Shown piece by piece: positions 22,376 through 32,507 of a stretch of DNA of 64,000 bases. The notes beneath the pieces are model-generated. The model did no database searches and was not told the DNA's origin. It saw only the letters and a program-made list of their open reading frames with translations. Within the stretch, counting starts at the first letter, position 1. Each line of letters opens with the position of its first letter. The DNA lies in assembly GCA_963730185.1 (NCBI GenBank), contig CAVSQW010000007.1:384001-448000 (forward strand), written 5' to 3'. The translations under genes and the position numbers were made by a program. The DNA is from an uncultured Gemmatimonadales bacterium (lineage in GTDB: Bacteria > Gemmatimonadota > Gemmatimonadetes > Gemmatimonadales > GWC2-71-9).

Positions 22376-23695
22376 ATGAAGGGAATCACGCTCGTGACGC
22401 TGGCCGCCCTGGGGCTCCTCGCCCCGGGGCTCCAGGCCCAGGCCCCCGATACCGCCGGGACCATCGACCGGATCGTCGCCGTGGTGGGCACCAGGCCCAT
22501 CCTCGAGACCCAGGTCGAAGAGCAGGCGCTGGCCGCGCTCCGCGGGCAGCCGATGCCCACCAAAGCCTCCGACCGCCAGGCGCTCTTCCAGTCGATCCTG
22601 GACGGGCTGATCAACGAAGAACTGGTGGTGCAGGCCGCCCAGAAGGACACCCTCATCAAAGTCGCCGATGAGGAGGTCACCCAGTCGGTCGACGAGCTCT
22701 TCCGGAACGTGCGGGCCAAGTTCTCGTCGGATCAGGCCTTCCGGGAGGACCTCCGGAACACCGGCTTTCAGACCGTGGAGGAGTGGCGGAGCTACTACGC
22801 CGACCGCCAGCGGCGGAAGTTCCTGGTGGATCGCTTCTGGTCCGAGTTGGAGGCGCAGGGCAAGCTCAAGCCGATCCCGCCGACCGACCAGGAGGTCCGG
22901 GACTATTTCGAGCAGAACAAGGCGGCCTTTCCGCAGCGGCCCGCGGCCCTTTCGTTCAGCCAGATCGTCGTCGCGCCGCACGCCGCGGATTCCGCCAAGG
23001 CCACGGCGCTGGCGTTGGCCGACTCCATCCTGACCGAGCTCCGCAACGGCGCCGACTTCGCGACCGCGGCCAAGCGGTTCTCGATGGACCCGGCGACCAA
23101 GGATCAGGGTGGCTCGCTCAACTGGATCCGGCGCGGCCAAGGATGGGATCAGGCGTTCGAGAACGCCGCCTTTTCCCTCAAGGTGGGCCAGATCTCGAAC
23201 CCGGTCGAAACGGCGTACGGCTATCACCTGATCCAGGTGGAGCGGGCCCAGCCGGCCGAGGTGCAGGTCCGTCACATCCTGATCATGCCGACGGTCGACT
23301 CGATCCAGGCCGACAGCGCCCGGCAGCTCGCGGAGCAGGTGTACCGGGCGCTCAAGGCGGGGGCGTCGTTCGACAGCCTGCAGCGGCTCTATCACGACAA
23401 GGCCGAGGAGCGGGAGATCCAGCAGATCCCCATGACCCGGCTGCCGCCGGCCTACGCGAGCGCCCTCAACGACATCAAGGAGGGCGAGATCGCGCCGCTC
23501 TTCCGGCTCGAGGCCCCTGATCCCAATCGGACCAAGTACGCCATCGTGAAGGTCGACTCGCGGATTCCGGCCGGCGATGTCCGGTTCGAGGACGTCCGCG
23601 ACCAGATCCGCTCGCAGCTCTCACACGAGCTGGCCCGCCGGCGCTACCTGGAGACGCTCAAGCACGCCACCTACGTGGACGTGCGCCCGGCGTGA
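22376..23695 (+). CDS. surA: SurA-like chaperone / PPIase
   Basis: Signal peptide, IDRIVAVVG, rotamase motif ETAYGYHLIQV...VRHILI; directly upstream of pdxA. Confidence 0.8.
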   Translation: MKGITLVTLAALGLLAPGLQAQAPDTAGTIDRIVAVVGTRPILETQVEEQALAALRGQPMPTKASDRQALFQSILDGLINEELVVQAAQKDTLIKVADEEVTQSVDELFRNVRAKFSSDQAFREDLRNTGFQTVEEWRSYYADRQRRKFLVDRFWSELEAQGKLKPIPPTDQEVRDYFEQNKAAFPQRPAALSFSQIVVAPHAADSAKATALALADSILTELRNGADFATAAKRFSMDPATKDQGGSLNWIRRGQGWDQAFENAAFSLKVGQISNPVETAYGYHLIQVERAQPAEVQVRHILIMPTVDSIQADSARQLAEQVYRALKAGASFDSLQRLYHDKAEEREIQQIPMTRLPPAYASALNDIKEGEIAPLFRLEAPDPNRTKYAIVKVDSRIPAGDVRFEDVRDQIRSQLSHELARRRYLETLKHATYVDVRPA

Positions 23696-24615
23696 GCCCG
23701 GCCCCCCGGCTGGCGATTTCCCTCGGTGACCCGCGGGGGATCGGAGCCGAGATCGTCGCCAAGGCCCTCGCTTCCCCGCTCGATGCCGACATCACCCTGG
23801 TGGGTCCCGACGACGTAATCGCCCCGATCCCGGCCGCCCATCGGGTGTCGGTCGGCGCTTGGCGGGCCGGCTCGGGCGAGCACCGCGAGGACCGGCCCCG
23901 GGCGATTCGGGCCGGCCAGCTGGCCGGCCACGCCGTCGAGAAGGCCGCTCGACTCGCCCTGGCCGGGATGGTCGACGCGATGGTGACCGCCCCGGTCGAG
24001 AAGCATGCGCTCCACCTCGCCGGCTTTCGCTTTCCCGGTCATACCGAGTGGCTGGCCGCCCTGGCCGGCGGCGCCGAGGTGGCGATGATGCTCGCCACCG
24101 GATCGCTCCGGGTGGTGCTGGTCACGACCCACGTGGCCTTCCGCGACGTCCCGGCCCTGCTCACCGCGGAGCGGGTGGTCCGGATCGGGCGAATCACGGT
24201 GGCGGGGCTTCGCGACTGGTTCGGCATCGCCGAGCCCCGGATCGCGATCTGCGCCCTCAACCCGCATGCCGGTGAACAGGGGCTGTTCGGCGACGAGGAG
24301 ACCCGGATCCTCGGGCCCGCCGCCGAAACCCTGGGCGCCGCCGGTCCGTTTCCCGCCGACACCGTGTTCGTCCGGGCCCAGCGAGGCGAGTTCGACGCCG
24401 TGCTGGCGCCCTATCACGACGTGGGGATGACGGCGATCAAGGTCGCCGGGTTCGGGAAAGGCGTGAACGTGACCCTGGGGCTGCCGTTCCCGCGGACCTC
24501 GCCCGATCACGGGACGGCCTTCGACATTGCGGGGACCGGCGTGGCCGACGCCGGCAGCATGCGGGAAGCGATCGAGCTGGCGGCCCGGTTGGCTACGAGG
24601 ACGCGGCCGGGCTGA
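23692..24615 (+). CDS. pdxA: 4-hydroxythreonine-4-phosphate dehydrogenase
   Basis: GDPRGIGAE, PGHTE, LNPHAGE, YHD, RTSPDHGTAFDIAG. Confidence 0.95.
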   Translation: MSPAPRLAISLGDPRGIGAEIVAKALASPLDADITLVGPDDVIAPIPAAHRVSVGAWRAGSGEHREDRPRAIRAGQLAGHAVEKAARLALAGMVDAMVTAPVEKHALHLAGFRFPGHTEWLAALAGGAEVAMMLATGSLRVVLVTTHVAFRDVPALLTAERVVRIGRITVAGLRDWFGIAEPRIAICALNPHAGEQGLFGDEETRILGPAAETLGAAGPFPADTVFVRAQRGEFDAVLAPYHDVGMTAIKVAGFGKGVNVTLGLPFPRTSPDHGTAFDIAGTGVADAGSMREAIELAARLATRTRPG

Positions 24616-25909
24616 CCACCTTGACGCTCTTGACCCGGCGGGCGTCCATCGCGGCGATCTCGAAGGTCAGGCCGCCGGCGTTGACTTGGTCGCCCACCTG
24701 TGGCAGCCGGCCCAGCTGCCCGAAGAGGTAGCCTCCGAGCGTCGTGTAGTCCGCATCGTCGAGCTCGGTCCCGTGGGCGTCGTTGAAGTCGGTGACCGGC
24801 GTGCTCCCGTCCACCAGGGTGGCGTCCTCGGCCGCCGCGGGCCGCTCCACCACGTCGTGCTCGTCGAAGATCGGCCCCACGATCTCCTCCAGCAGGTCTT
24901 CCATCGTCACCAGGCCCGCGGTGCCCCCGTACTCGTCGAGCACGATGGCCATGTGGGTTTTGAGCCGCTTCATGTCGGTGAGCACGTCTTCCACCTCGCG
25001 CGTGCCCGGCACCAGGAGCGGGGGGCGGACGATCGATCCGACCGGCGTCTTCGGGGCTTTTCGGAGCGTCCGGAGAATGTCCTTGGCATGGACCACTCCG
25101 ATGATCTCGTCCAGGGAGTCCAAGTGGACTGGATAGCGGGAACGGTGCGCGCTCGCCACGATGTCGGCCGCCTGCTCCACCGTGAGGCCGGCCTCGAGCG
25201 CCACGATTTCGGTCCGCGGAGTCATCACCTCCTGGGCGGTCTTCTCGCTGAACTCGAACACCCCCTCGAGCAGGCGTGCGTCCTGGGACTCGAGCTGACC
25301 GCTCTCCTGGCTCTGCTCGACCAGGAGCCGGATCTCCTCCGGCGAGTGCACCCGCTCCCGCTCGGTGGGTGCCCGGATCCTGAACAGCTTGAGAACCGAA
25401 CGGGCCGAGCCGTTGAGCACCCGGATCGGGCCGGTCATCACCCAGGCAAAGCCCATCAGGGGAGCCGCCACCCAGCGGCTCACGTCCTCGGGGTAGAGCA
25501 GGGCCACCGACTTCGGGACCAGCTCGCCGGCCACGATGTGGAGCACCGTGATGACCGCGAAGGCCACCGTCACGGCGATGGAATGGGCCGCCACCGGCTG
25601 AACATCAGGGGGGAGGAAGCGCAGCCAGCCTTCGACCAGGTGGGCCAGGGCCGGTTCGCCGACCCATCCCAAACCCAGTGATGCCAACGTGATACCGAGC
25701 TGGGTCGCGGAGATGTAGCGGTCGAGCGATTGAACGGCCCGGGCTGCCAGGATAGCTTTGCGATCACCGCCCCGGCCCATCTCGTCCAGACGAGTGCGCC
25801 GGACGGCGACCAGGGCGAACTCGGCGGCCACGAAGAAGGCATTGGCCGCTACCAGAGCGAGGACGGCGGCCAGACCGCCTAGGATCGACGCGGATTGGGG
25901 AGGCTCCAT
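24593..25909 (-). CDS. HlyC/CorC (CNNM) transporter with CBS pair
   Basis: NAFFVAAEFALV, GELVPKS, VMTPR, DEYGGTAGLVTMEDLLEEIVG. Confidence 0.92.
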   Translation of the reverse strand: MEPPQSASILGGLAAVLALVAANAFFVAAEFALVAVRRTRLDEMGRGGDRKAILAARAVQSLDRYISATQLGITLASLGLGWVGEPALAHLVEGWLRFLPPDVQPVAAHSIAVTVAFAVITVLHIVAGELVPKSVALLYPEDVSRWVAAPLMGFAWVMTGPIRVLNGSARSVLKLFRIRAPTERERVHSPEEIRLLVEQSQESGQLESQDARLLEGVFEFSEKTAQEVMTPRTEIVALEAGLTVEQAADIVASAHRSRYPVHLDSLDEIIGVVHAKDILRTLRKAPKTPVGSIVRPPLLVPGTREVEDVLTDMKRLKTHMAIVLDEYGGTAGLVTMEDLLEEIVGPIFDEHDVVERPAAAEDATLVDGSTPVTDFNDAHGTELDDADYTTLGGYLFGQLGRLPQVGDQVNAGGLTFEIAAMDARRVKSVKVVSPAASS

Positions 25910-25967
25910 ACCCGGGAACGTTAGCGGCACCGGTGCCGACGGGCGAGAGGCCGTATCGCGGCGACTC

Positions 25968-26846
25968 GTGCTCGTCTTGGCCGTCACCACGGTCATCATG
26001 CTGGTCGAGGCGGTGGGCGGGTTCGCCAGCGGCGCACTGGCGCTCCTGGCCGACGCCGGCCACATGCTGATCGATGTGGCGGCACTGGGCCTGTCCGCCT
26101 TCACCGCGTGGCTGGCCCGCCGGCCCCCGAGCGCCTCCAAGACGTACGGCTACCTCCGGTTGGAGATCCTGGCCGCGCTGATCAACGGGGTGGCGCTGGT
26201 GGGCATCGCGATCGGGGTCACGATCGAGGCCTTCCACCGCCTCGAGTCGCCCGAGCCGATCAAGTCGGGGCTCTTCCTCCTGGTGGCCGGCATCGGCCTG
26301 TTGGCCAACGTGATGAGCCTCTGGCTCCTGCACGGCCTCCGGCACGGCAGTCTCAACGTCCGGGGCGCCTACCTCCACGTGGTCGGCGACCTGCTCGGCT
26401 CGGTCGGAGCCCTCCTGGCCGCGGTGATCGTGGCTACCACCGGGTGGACCCTGGCCGACCCCATCGTCTCGGTTGTCCTGTCACTGCTGATCCTCGGCGG
26501 CGCCTGGTCGCTGGTGAAGGAGAGCGCGAACATCCTCCTCGAGGCGGTGCCCCGCCACGTGGATCTGGACGAGGTCAAGCGGAGCCTGCTCTCCGTCTCG
26601 GGTGTGGCGGACGTTCACGACCTCCACGTCTGGACCGTCACCAGCGGCGTCGTGGCCATGAGCGGCCACGCGGTCGTGCCGGAGCTCCCCCGCCATCCCG
26701 ACGCCCTCACCTCGATGCTCCACCGGCTGGAGCACCTCGGCATCCACCACGCGACCCTGCAGCTGGAGACGGTCGACCATTGCGAGGGGCTGGACTGCCT
26801 GGAGCGCCGGGAGCCGGCCGGGGCGCATGCGGGGCACGGGCATTAG
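25968..26846 (+). CDS. Cation diffusion facilitator (CzcD-like); start uncertain
   Basis: LLADAGHMLID, TYGYLRLE, AYLHVVGD, HDLHVW, His-rich tail. Confidence 0.9.
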   Translation: MLVLAVTTVIMLVEAVGGFASGALALLADAGHMLIDVAALGLSAFTAWLARRPPSASKTYGYLRLEILAALINGVALVGIAIGVTIEAFHRLESPEPIKSGLFLLVAGIGLLANVMSLWLLHGLRHGSLNVRGAYLHVVGDLLGSVGALLAAVIVATTGWTLADPIVSVVLSLLILGGAWSLVKESANILLEAVPRHVDLDEVKRSLLSVSGVADVHDLHVWTVTSGVVAMSGHAVVPELPRHPDALTSMLHRLEHLGIHHATLQLETVDHCEGLDCLERREPAGAHAGHGH

Positions 26847-27020
26847 GGGGATGGGGAGGGACGGAGAGGGATGGGGGAGACGGGGAGGCCGCCCCACGCC
26901 CCGCCGCCCCCACCACCCCCCCACCCGCCACCCCCACCCACCCAGTTCCCGGCCCCCCCTCCCCGTCTCCCCCCATCCCTCCCCATCCCACCCAACCCTC
27001 CTCTTGCCCTCCCGTCCCGC
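26847..27020. repeat. Polypurine/polypyrimidine long imperfect inverted repeat
   Basis: Left arm gggatggggaggg..gggatgggggagacggggagg pairs with right arm cctccccgtctccccccatccctccccatccc around a C-rich spacer. Confidence 0.8.
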
Positions 27021-27058
27021 GCAGCCTATATATGGCCCGCCTAAGGGGGCCCAACGCT

Positions 27059-28912
27059 GTGCCGATTCGTAACATCGCCATCATCGCCCACGTCGATCAC
27101 GGGAAGACCACCCTGGTAGACCAGATGCTTCGCCAGGCCGGGGTCTTCCGGGTCAACGAGCAGGTCGCCGAGCGGGTGATGGACTCGAATCCCATCGAGC
27201 GGGAGCGCGGGATCACGATTCTGGCCAAGAACACGGCGGTGCGCTGGGGCGAGACCAAGATCAACATCGTCGACACCCCCGGCCACGCCGATTTCGGGGG
27301 CGAAGTGGAGCGGATCCTCCGGATGGTCGACGGGGTCCTGATCCTGGTCGACGCCGCCGAAGGCCCGATGCCGCAGACCCGGTTCGTGACCCGGAAGGCG
27401 CTGGGTCTGGGCCTCCGGCCGATCGTGGCGATCAACAAGATCGACCGGGCCGACGCGGAGCCGCTCCGGGTGCACGACGAGGTGCTCGGCCTGTTCATCG
27501 ATCTCGAGGCGACCCACGAGCAGCTGGACGCCCCTTTCCTGTACACCTCGAGCCGGTTCGGCACGGCCACGGCCGATATCGACCAGCCCGGAACCGACCT
27601 CACGCCCCTGTTCGAGGCCATTCTGAGCCACGTGTCGCCTCCCTCGGGCGATGCCGAGGGGCCGTTTCAGATGTTGATCTCGACCCTCGACTACTCGCCC
27701 TTCCTCGGCCGGCTCGGGATCGGCCGGATCGAGCGCGGCCGGGTTCGGGTCGGTGACCCGGTGGCGCTCCTGCCGCTCGGTGAGCCCGGCCCGGTGAGCG
27801 CCGAGGAGATCGAGCGGAGCCGGATCACCAAGCTGTTCACCTTCGACGGGCTGCACCGGATCGACGTCGAGGAGGCGTCGGCGGGCGACATCGTCGTGGT
27901 ATCGGGGTTCGACGGCATCGAGATCGGCAAGACGCTCACCAGCCCCGAGCATCCCGACCGGCTGGCTGGGATCGCGGTGGAAGAGCCGACCATCTCCGCC
28001 GACTTCGCGGTCAACAACTCGCCCTTCGCCGGTCGCGAGGGCAAGTTCGTGACCAGCCGCCAGGTCCGGGAGCGCCTCTTCCGCGAGCTGGAGCGGAACG
28101 TCGCCCTCCGGGTCGAGGAAACCCCGTCGCCCGATACGCTCGCCGTGAGCGGCCGGGGCGAGCTCCATCTCGGCATCCTGATGGAGAACATGCGGCGGGA
28201 GGGCTACGAGTTCCAAGTGTCCCGGCCGAGGGTCATCATCAAGGAAGGTCCCGGGAGAGTGCGGCTGGAGCCCTACGAGGAGCTCATGATCGACGTCGCC
28301 GAGGAGTACATGGGCGCGGTCATGGAGAAGCTCGGTCCCCGGCGGGCCGAGCTGACCGAGATGCGGAACCCGGGGCAGGGGTCGGTCCGGATGATGTTCA
28401 AGATCCCGGCCCGCGGGCTCTTCGGGTACCGGTCGGACTTCCTGACCGATACCCGCGGTACCGGCACGATTCATCACCGGTACCTGGAGTACGGACCTTG
28501 GGCGGGTCCTCTGGCCGGCCGGAAGCGCGGGGTGCTGGTGGCCGACCGGGAGGCCACCACGGTCGCCTTCGCGCTGGGCAACCTGCAGGAACGAGCTCAG
28601 ATGTTCGTCCGCCCGGGCGACGAGGTCTACGAGGGGATGGTCGTGGGCGAAAACGCCCGCCCGGACGACATGGACGTGAACGTGGGCAAGGAAAAGAAGC
28701 TCACCAACATGCGGACCACGTCGTCGGACGAGAACGTCACCCTCGAGCCACCCCGGGAGATCACCCTCGAGTACGCCCTGGAGTACATCGAGGACGACGA
28801 GCTGATCGAAGTCACCCCCAAGAGCGTCCGGCTCCGCAAGCGGGTGCTCTCTCAGATGGACCGGCGACGCGCGGCCCGGGCGGCCGCTCGGGTTGCGAGC
28901 GTGTCGTCCTGA
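27059..28912 (+). CDS. typA: Translational GTPase TypA/BipA
   Basis: IRNIAIIAHVDHGKTTLVD, SGRGELHL, KKLTNMR; alternative ATG at 27032. Confidence 0.97.
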   Translation: MPIRNIAIIAHVDHGKTTLVDQMLRQAGVFRVNEQVAERVMDSNPIERERGITILAKNTAVRWGETKINIVDTPGHADFGGEVERILRMVDGVLILVDAAEGPMPQTRFVTRKALGLGLRPIVAINKIDRADAEPLRVHDEVLGLFIDLEATHEQLDAPFLYTSSRFGTATADIDQPGTDLTPLFEAILSHVSPPSGDAEGPFQMLISTLDYSPFLGRLGIGRIERGRVRVGDPVALLPLGEPGPVSAEEIERSRITKLFTFDGLHRIDVEEASAGDIVVVSGFDGIEIGKTLTSPEHPDRLAGIAVEEPTISADFAVNNSPFAGREGKFVTSRQVRERLFRELERNVALRVEETPSPDTLAVSGRGELHLGILMENMRREGYEFQVSRPRVIIKEGPGRVRLEPYEELMIDVAEEYMGAVMEKLGPRRAELTEMRNPGQGSVRMMFKIPARGLFGYRSDFLTDTRGTGTIHHRYLEYGPWAGPLAGRKRGVLVADREATTVAFALGNLQERAQMFVRPGDEVYEGMVVGENARPDDMDVNVGKEKKLTNMRTTSSDENVTLEPPREITLEYALEYIEDDELIEVTPKSVRLRKRVLSQMDRRRAARAAARVASVSS

Positions 28913-28945
28913 TTGACCCTCACTCTAAGGAAGGCGGGAGCGCAC

Positions 28946-29155
28946 ATGTCGGCCCTGGTGGTGGCGTCGTACGAGCAGGTTGAGATGCGCCGTCGAAGCG
29001 ACGACGAGGAGGAATTCGACGACGGCTTCACCTTCGACGATGACGACGAAGACGAGGACGAGGAGCTCGACGAGGACGACGAGTTCGAGGACGACGACGA
29101 CTACGACGAGGACGACGACTTCGACGGCGACTCCGACGACGACGACGACCGCTAG
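28946..29155 (+). CDS. Small highly acidic protein
   Basis: RBS-like AAGGAAGG/GGGAG upstream; 69 aa with a ~50-aa D/E tract. Confidence 0.6.
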   Translation: MSALVVASYEQVEMRRRSDDEEEFDDGFTFDDDDEDEDEELDEDDEFEDDDDYDEDDDFDGDSDDDDDR

Positions 29156-29194
29156 GCGCGTCGAGCGGCCGGGCGCCTCCCGGGAGCTCGGCCG

Positions 29195-29650
29195 GTGAGT
29201 GGCCGGGTCCCGCGGGCGGTGCTGACGACCGCCGCCGCCGCCCTTTGGCTCGCCTGCTCGCCCGCCGCCCCCCCGGCCTCCTCAGCGTCCGACGGCACGC
29301 TCCGACTCGACTGGTCCGGGGCGTCGCCCGCCGGAGCCCGGTATCGAGTCGAGGTCCGAATCGATGGCGACGTCGGTTTCGTCGACACCGCCCGGGCGCC
29401 TGCCGGGGTGGTGGCGGTCCGGCGTGACCTCGCCCTCCCGGCCGGCACCCATTCCGTCAACGTCGCGATGACCAGACTCCAATCCGCCGCTCCGACCGGA
29501 GAGGCCGTTCCCCTGACCGGCCCATCGGCCGCCCTCCCGGATACCCTCCAATACGCCGGGCTCGTCACCCTGGCCCCGGGCGAGGTGGCGGTGATGAGCT
29601 ACGAGCCCCGCCGCCGGTGGCTCATGGTCCGTCGGCCCGGAGCCGGTTGA
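29195..29650 (+). CDS. Hypothetical lipoprotein
   Basis: Lipobox WLAC; ends 1 nt before the next gene. Confidence 0.55.
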   Translation: MSGRVPRAVLTTAAAALWLACSPAAPPASSASDGTLRLDWSGASPAGARYRVEVRIDGDVGFVDTARAPAGVVAVRRDLALPAGTHSVNVAMTRLQSAAPTGEAVPLTGPSAALPDTLQYAGLVTLAPGEVAVMSYEPRRRWLMVRRPGAG

Positions 29651-29651
29651 C

Positions 29652-30731
29652 GTGTCGTTCGATCGCCGCCGCCGCCTGACCGGTCTCTGGCTCGCCGGCT
29701 GGGCCGTGATGGTGCTCTTCACGGTCGTGATCGGGGGCGTGACCCGGCTCACCAACTCGGGACTCTCGATCACCGAGTGGCGGCCGGTAAGCGGGGTGAT
29801 CCCCCCGCTCTCGACCGCGGCCTGGGAGGCCGAGTTCGCCAAGTACCAGGCGATCCCGGAGTACCGGATCGAGAATCCGGACATGACCCTGGCCGGGTTC
29901 AAGCGGATCTACCTGGTGGAGTTCGTCCACCGCTTCTGGGCCCGCCTGGTCGGAATGGTCCTGGCGGTTCCGCTGTTGATCGGCCTGGCCCGCAAGTGGT
30001 TCGAGCCTCCCATCCGGAACCGGCTGATCGGGATCGTCGCGCTCACCGGCCTCCAGGGCGCGATGGGCTGGTACATGGTGAAGAGCGGTCTGACCGTCCG
30101 GACCGACGTGAGCCAGTATCGCCTCGCCGCGCACCTCACTCTGGCGCTGGTCATCTTCGCGGTGACGGTCTGGACCGCGGCGGACTTGCTGGGCTCGCGA
30201 ACCGCCCCGCCGGTCGGCAAGGGGCTCCGGCGCCACGCCCTCCTGACACCGGCGCTGGTGCTGCTCACGGCCCTGGCCGGGGCGTTCGTCGCCGGGCTCG
30301 ACGCCGGCAAGGTGTACAACGAGTTCCCGCTGATGGCCGGGCGGCTGGTGCCGGCCGGCTACCTCGCGATGCGGCCCTGGTACCGGAACTTCTTCGAGAA
30401 CGTCGCCACGGTGCAGTTCGACCACCGACTCCTCGCGACCCTGACCGCCCTGGCGGTGCTGGCCCTGGCCCTCCGTCTCTGGCGAGCCGGGGCCGCCCGA
30501 GCCCTGGCCCTGCTGCTCGGCCTGGCCGTGGCGGGCCAGTTCACGCTCGGGCTCCTGACCCTGCTCTGGTCGGTGCCGGTCCCGATCGCGGCCTGCCACC
30601 AGGCGGGTGCCGTGCTCCTCTTCGGGCTGAGCCTCCTCGTGGCCCATCGGGTGACCCGGGACGAGGTCCCGGTGCCGGCGCCCCGGCAGGCGGAGCAGTC
30701 CGGCCTGGCCCGCCGACCGGTCAACGCCTGA
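29652..30731 (+). CDS. ctaA: Heme A synthase (COX15/CtaA type 2)
   Basis: GGVTRLTNSGLSITEW, EFVHR, GWYMVKSGL, RLAAHL, FDHR, HQ. Confidence 0.92.
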   Translation: MSFDRRRRLTGLWLAGWAVMVLFTVVIGGVTRLTNSGLSITEWRPVSGVIPPLSTAAWEAEFAKYQAIPEYRIENPDMTLAGFKRIYLVEFVHRFWARLVGMVLAVPLLIGLARKWFEPPIRNRLIGIVALTGLQGAMGWYMVKSGLTVRTDVSQYRLAAHLTLALVIFAVTVWTAADLLGSRTAPPVGKGLRRHALLTPALVLLTALAGAFVAGLDAGKVYNEFPLMAGRLVPAGYLAMRPWYRNFFENVATVQFDHRLLATLTALAVLALALRLWRAGAARALALLLGLAVAGQFTLGLLTLLWSVPVPIAACHQAGAVLLFGLSLLVAHRVTRDEVPVPAPRQAEQSGLARRPVNA

Positions 30732-30883
30732 GCCCTGAGCGCTCCCTCCGGAAGGGAGTCGGCCCGGCCTGAGACACCGCTCGGCGGCCCGCTCGAACCG
30801 CTCACCCCGAATCGGCCGGCCGCCCGAATCCGCCGGCTCCCCCCACCCGTCGGGCTCCCGATCTCAACCGACCGGGAGTCCCC

Positions 30884-32404
30884 ATGCGTCTCGCTCCGTT
30901 CGCGCTGTTGACCGCCCTGCTGGTGCCCTCGTGGCTCCGGCCCTCGCCGCCGCTCGATGCCGGTTCGCTGGTCGACTCGGCGCTCGCCGCCATGGGAGGG
31001 CGCGAGCGCCTCGCCGCCATGACCTCGCTCCGGCTCGAAGGGGCTCAGCACGAGTATGTCCTCGGCAACGCGGAGCGGCCGGAGGGTCCCTGGCGGACCC
31101 AGTACCGCCGGTTCGCCGAGCTCCGGGCCCTGGACCGGGGCTGGATGCGCCGGACCGTGGTCAACATGGCGGCGCCGCCGGGATCGCCCGGCGCGGTCGA
31201 CGTGGTGTCGATCCTGCGCGACTCGCTCCTGGCTCGCCGGGTCGCCGGGCGGGAGGGTCCCAGCTACGCCGGCTTCTACGAGGACGATCTCGACGGCCTC
31301 GATGCCTCGCCGGCCCAGTCGCTCCTGCTGGCCGGCCGGGCGGAGCGGCTGCGGGTGGAGGCGCCGGTGGAGCGCTACGGAATCCGGCACGACGTCGTCT
31401 CCTTTCCGCACGGGACCGGGTCGATGCGGATCGAGCTCAGCGCCGAGACCCACCTTCCCGACGCCGTCGAGATCCGGCGGGTCTATCGCGAGGCCATTCG
31501 TCGAGTCCCGTTCGGCGACGTGACGGTGCGCTTCGAGTACCTCGACTGGACCGTCGAGGCTGACGGCCTGGTCTGGCCCCGGCAGCTCCGGCAGTTCGTC
31601 AACGGCGAGCTCCTCCGCGACGTGAGCCTGAGCCGGGTCTCGCCGGATGCGCCGGCGCCGGCGGACTCCTTCGCCATCGGCGACTCGCTGCCCGGGCTCT
31701 GGGCCAGCCAGATCGAGAACTCCCGGGCCCGCTTTCGACTCGGGAGCCGGGGGACGCTCCCCGATCTCGCCGATGGCATCGTCCGGTACCAGGACTTCTG
31801 GACCATGACCGCGGTGCACCAGCCGGACGGCGTGGTGCTGTTCGAGGCCCACCTGAGCGGCGACTATCTGGACCAGGTCATCGCCGACCTCGAGCGCCGC
31901 TGGCCCAACCTTCCCCTCAAGGCGATCGTGCTCACCTCCGACCCCTGGGCCCACATCGGCGGGGTGCGCGAGGCGGTGGCCCGCGGGATTCCGATCTATG
32001 TGAGTGGCCGGAGCATCCCCTTCCTGACCCGGCTGCTCGAGGCGCCGCACACCCTGGCGCCCGATCGGCTCGCGCGGGAGCCGCGCGCCCCCCGGTTCGT
32101 GGCGGTCGATGGCAAGACGGTGATCGGATCGGGAGCCAATCGGATCGAGCTCTATCCGGTGCGGGGGCCCTACGCCGAGCACATGACCATGGCCTACTTC
32201 CCGGGGCATCGGCTGCTCTACGGCGCCGACCTGGTCTTCCAGGACCGCTCCGCCGGCCACGGCTACCTGCTCACCCCGGCGGCCGATCTCGTGGCGGCGG
32301 TGGACCGCGAGCAGCTGACGGTCGACTCCGTCTTCTGCGTCCAGGCCACGCCCACGGTTGGATGGAGGGAGTTCGCGGCGTCGGTCCCGGGCCGGTCTCC
32401 CTGA
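30884..32404 (+). CDS. Exported protein with C-terminal degenerate metallo-beta-lactamase-like fold
   Basis: Signal peptide, AMGG motif, VVLFEA...IVLTSDPWAHIGG...LLYGADL. Confidence 0.6.
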   Translation: MRLAPFALLTALLVPSWLRPSPPLDAGSLVDSALAAMGGRERLAAMTSLRLEGAQHEYVLGNAERPEGPWRTQYRRFAELRALDRGWMRRTVVNMAAPPGSPGAVDVVSILRDSLLARRVAGREGPSYAGFYEDDLDGLDASPAQSLLLAGRAERLRVEAPVERYGIRHDVVSFPHGTGSMRIELSAETHLPDAVEIRRVYREAIRRVPFGDVTVRFEYLDWTVEADGLVWPRQLRQFVNGELLRDVSLSRVSPDAPAPADSFAIGDSLPGLWASQIENSRARFRLGSRGTLPDLADGIVRYQDFWTMTAVHQPDGVVLFEAHLSGDYLDQVIADLERRWPNLPLKAIVLTSDPWAHIGGVREAVARGIPIYVSGRSIPFLTRLLEAPHTLAPDRLAREPRAPRFVAVDGKTVIGSGANRIELYPVRGPYAEHMTMAYFPGHRLLYGADLVFQDRSAGHGYLLTPAADLVAAVDREQLTVDSVFCVQATPTVGWREFAASVPGRSP

Positions 32405-32507
32405 TCGGTCGGGGCGAACCCGCCCGCGCCAGGGGCCGGGGATGGACAGGTCCGGTCCATCGGCTATCCTCGGTGGAGTCGGGAGCGCTCCTCGGAGGAG
32501 GTCCGGA

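Noticed and set aside
20687..23695. 1002-aa multi-parvulin fusion
   Set aside because: Artefact of the +1 insertion near 21566; there are two genes, with a stop at 22343 and a new signal peptide at 22376
29000..29155. GAC/GAG tandem repeats as a CRISPR array or VNTR
   Set aside because: Codon repeats of an acidic tract with no repeat-spacer structure
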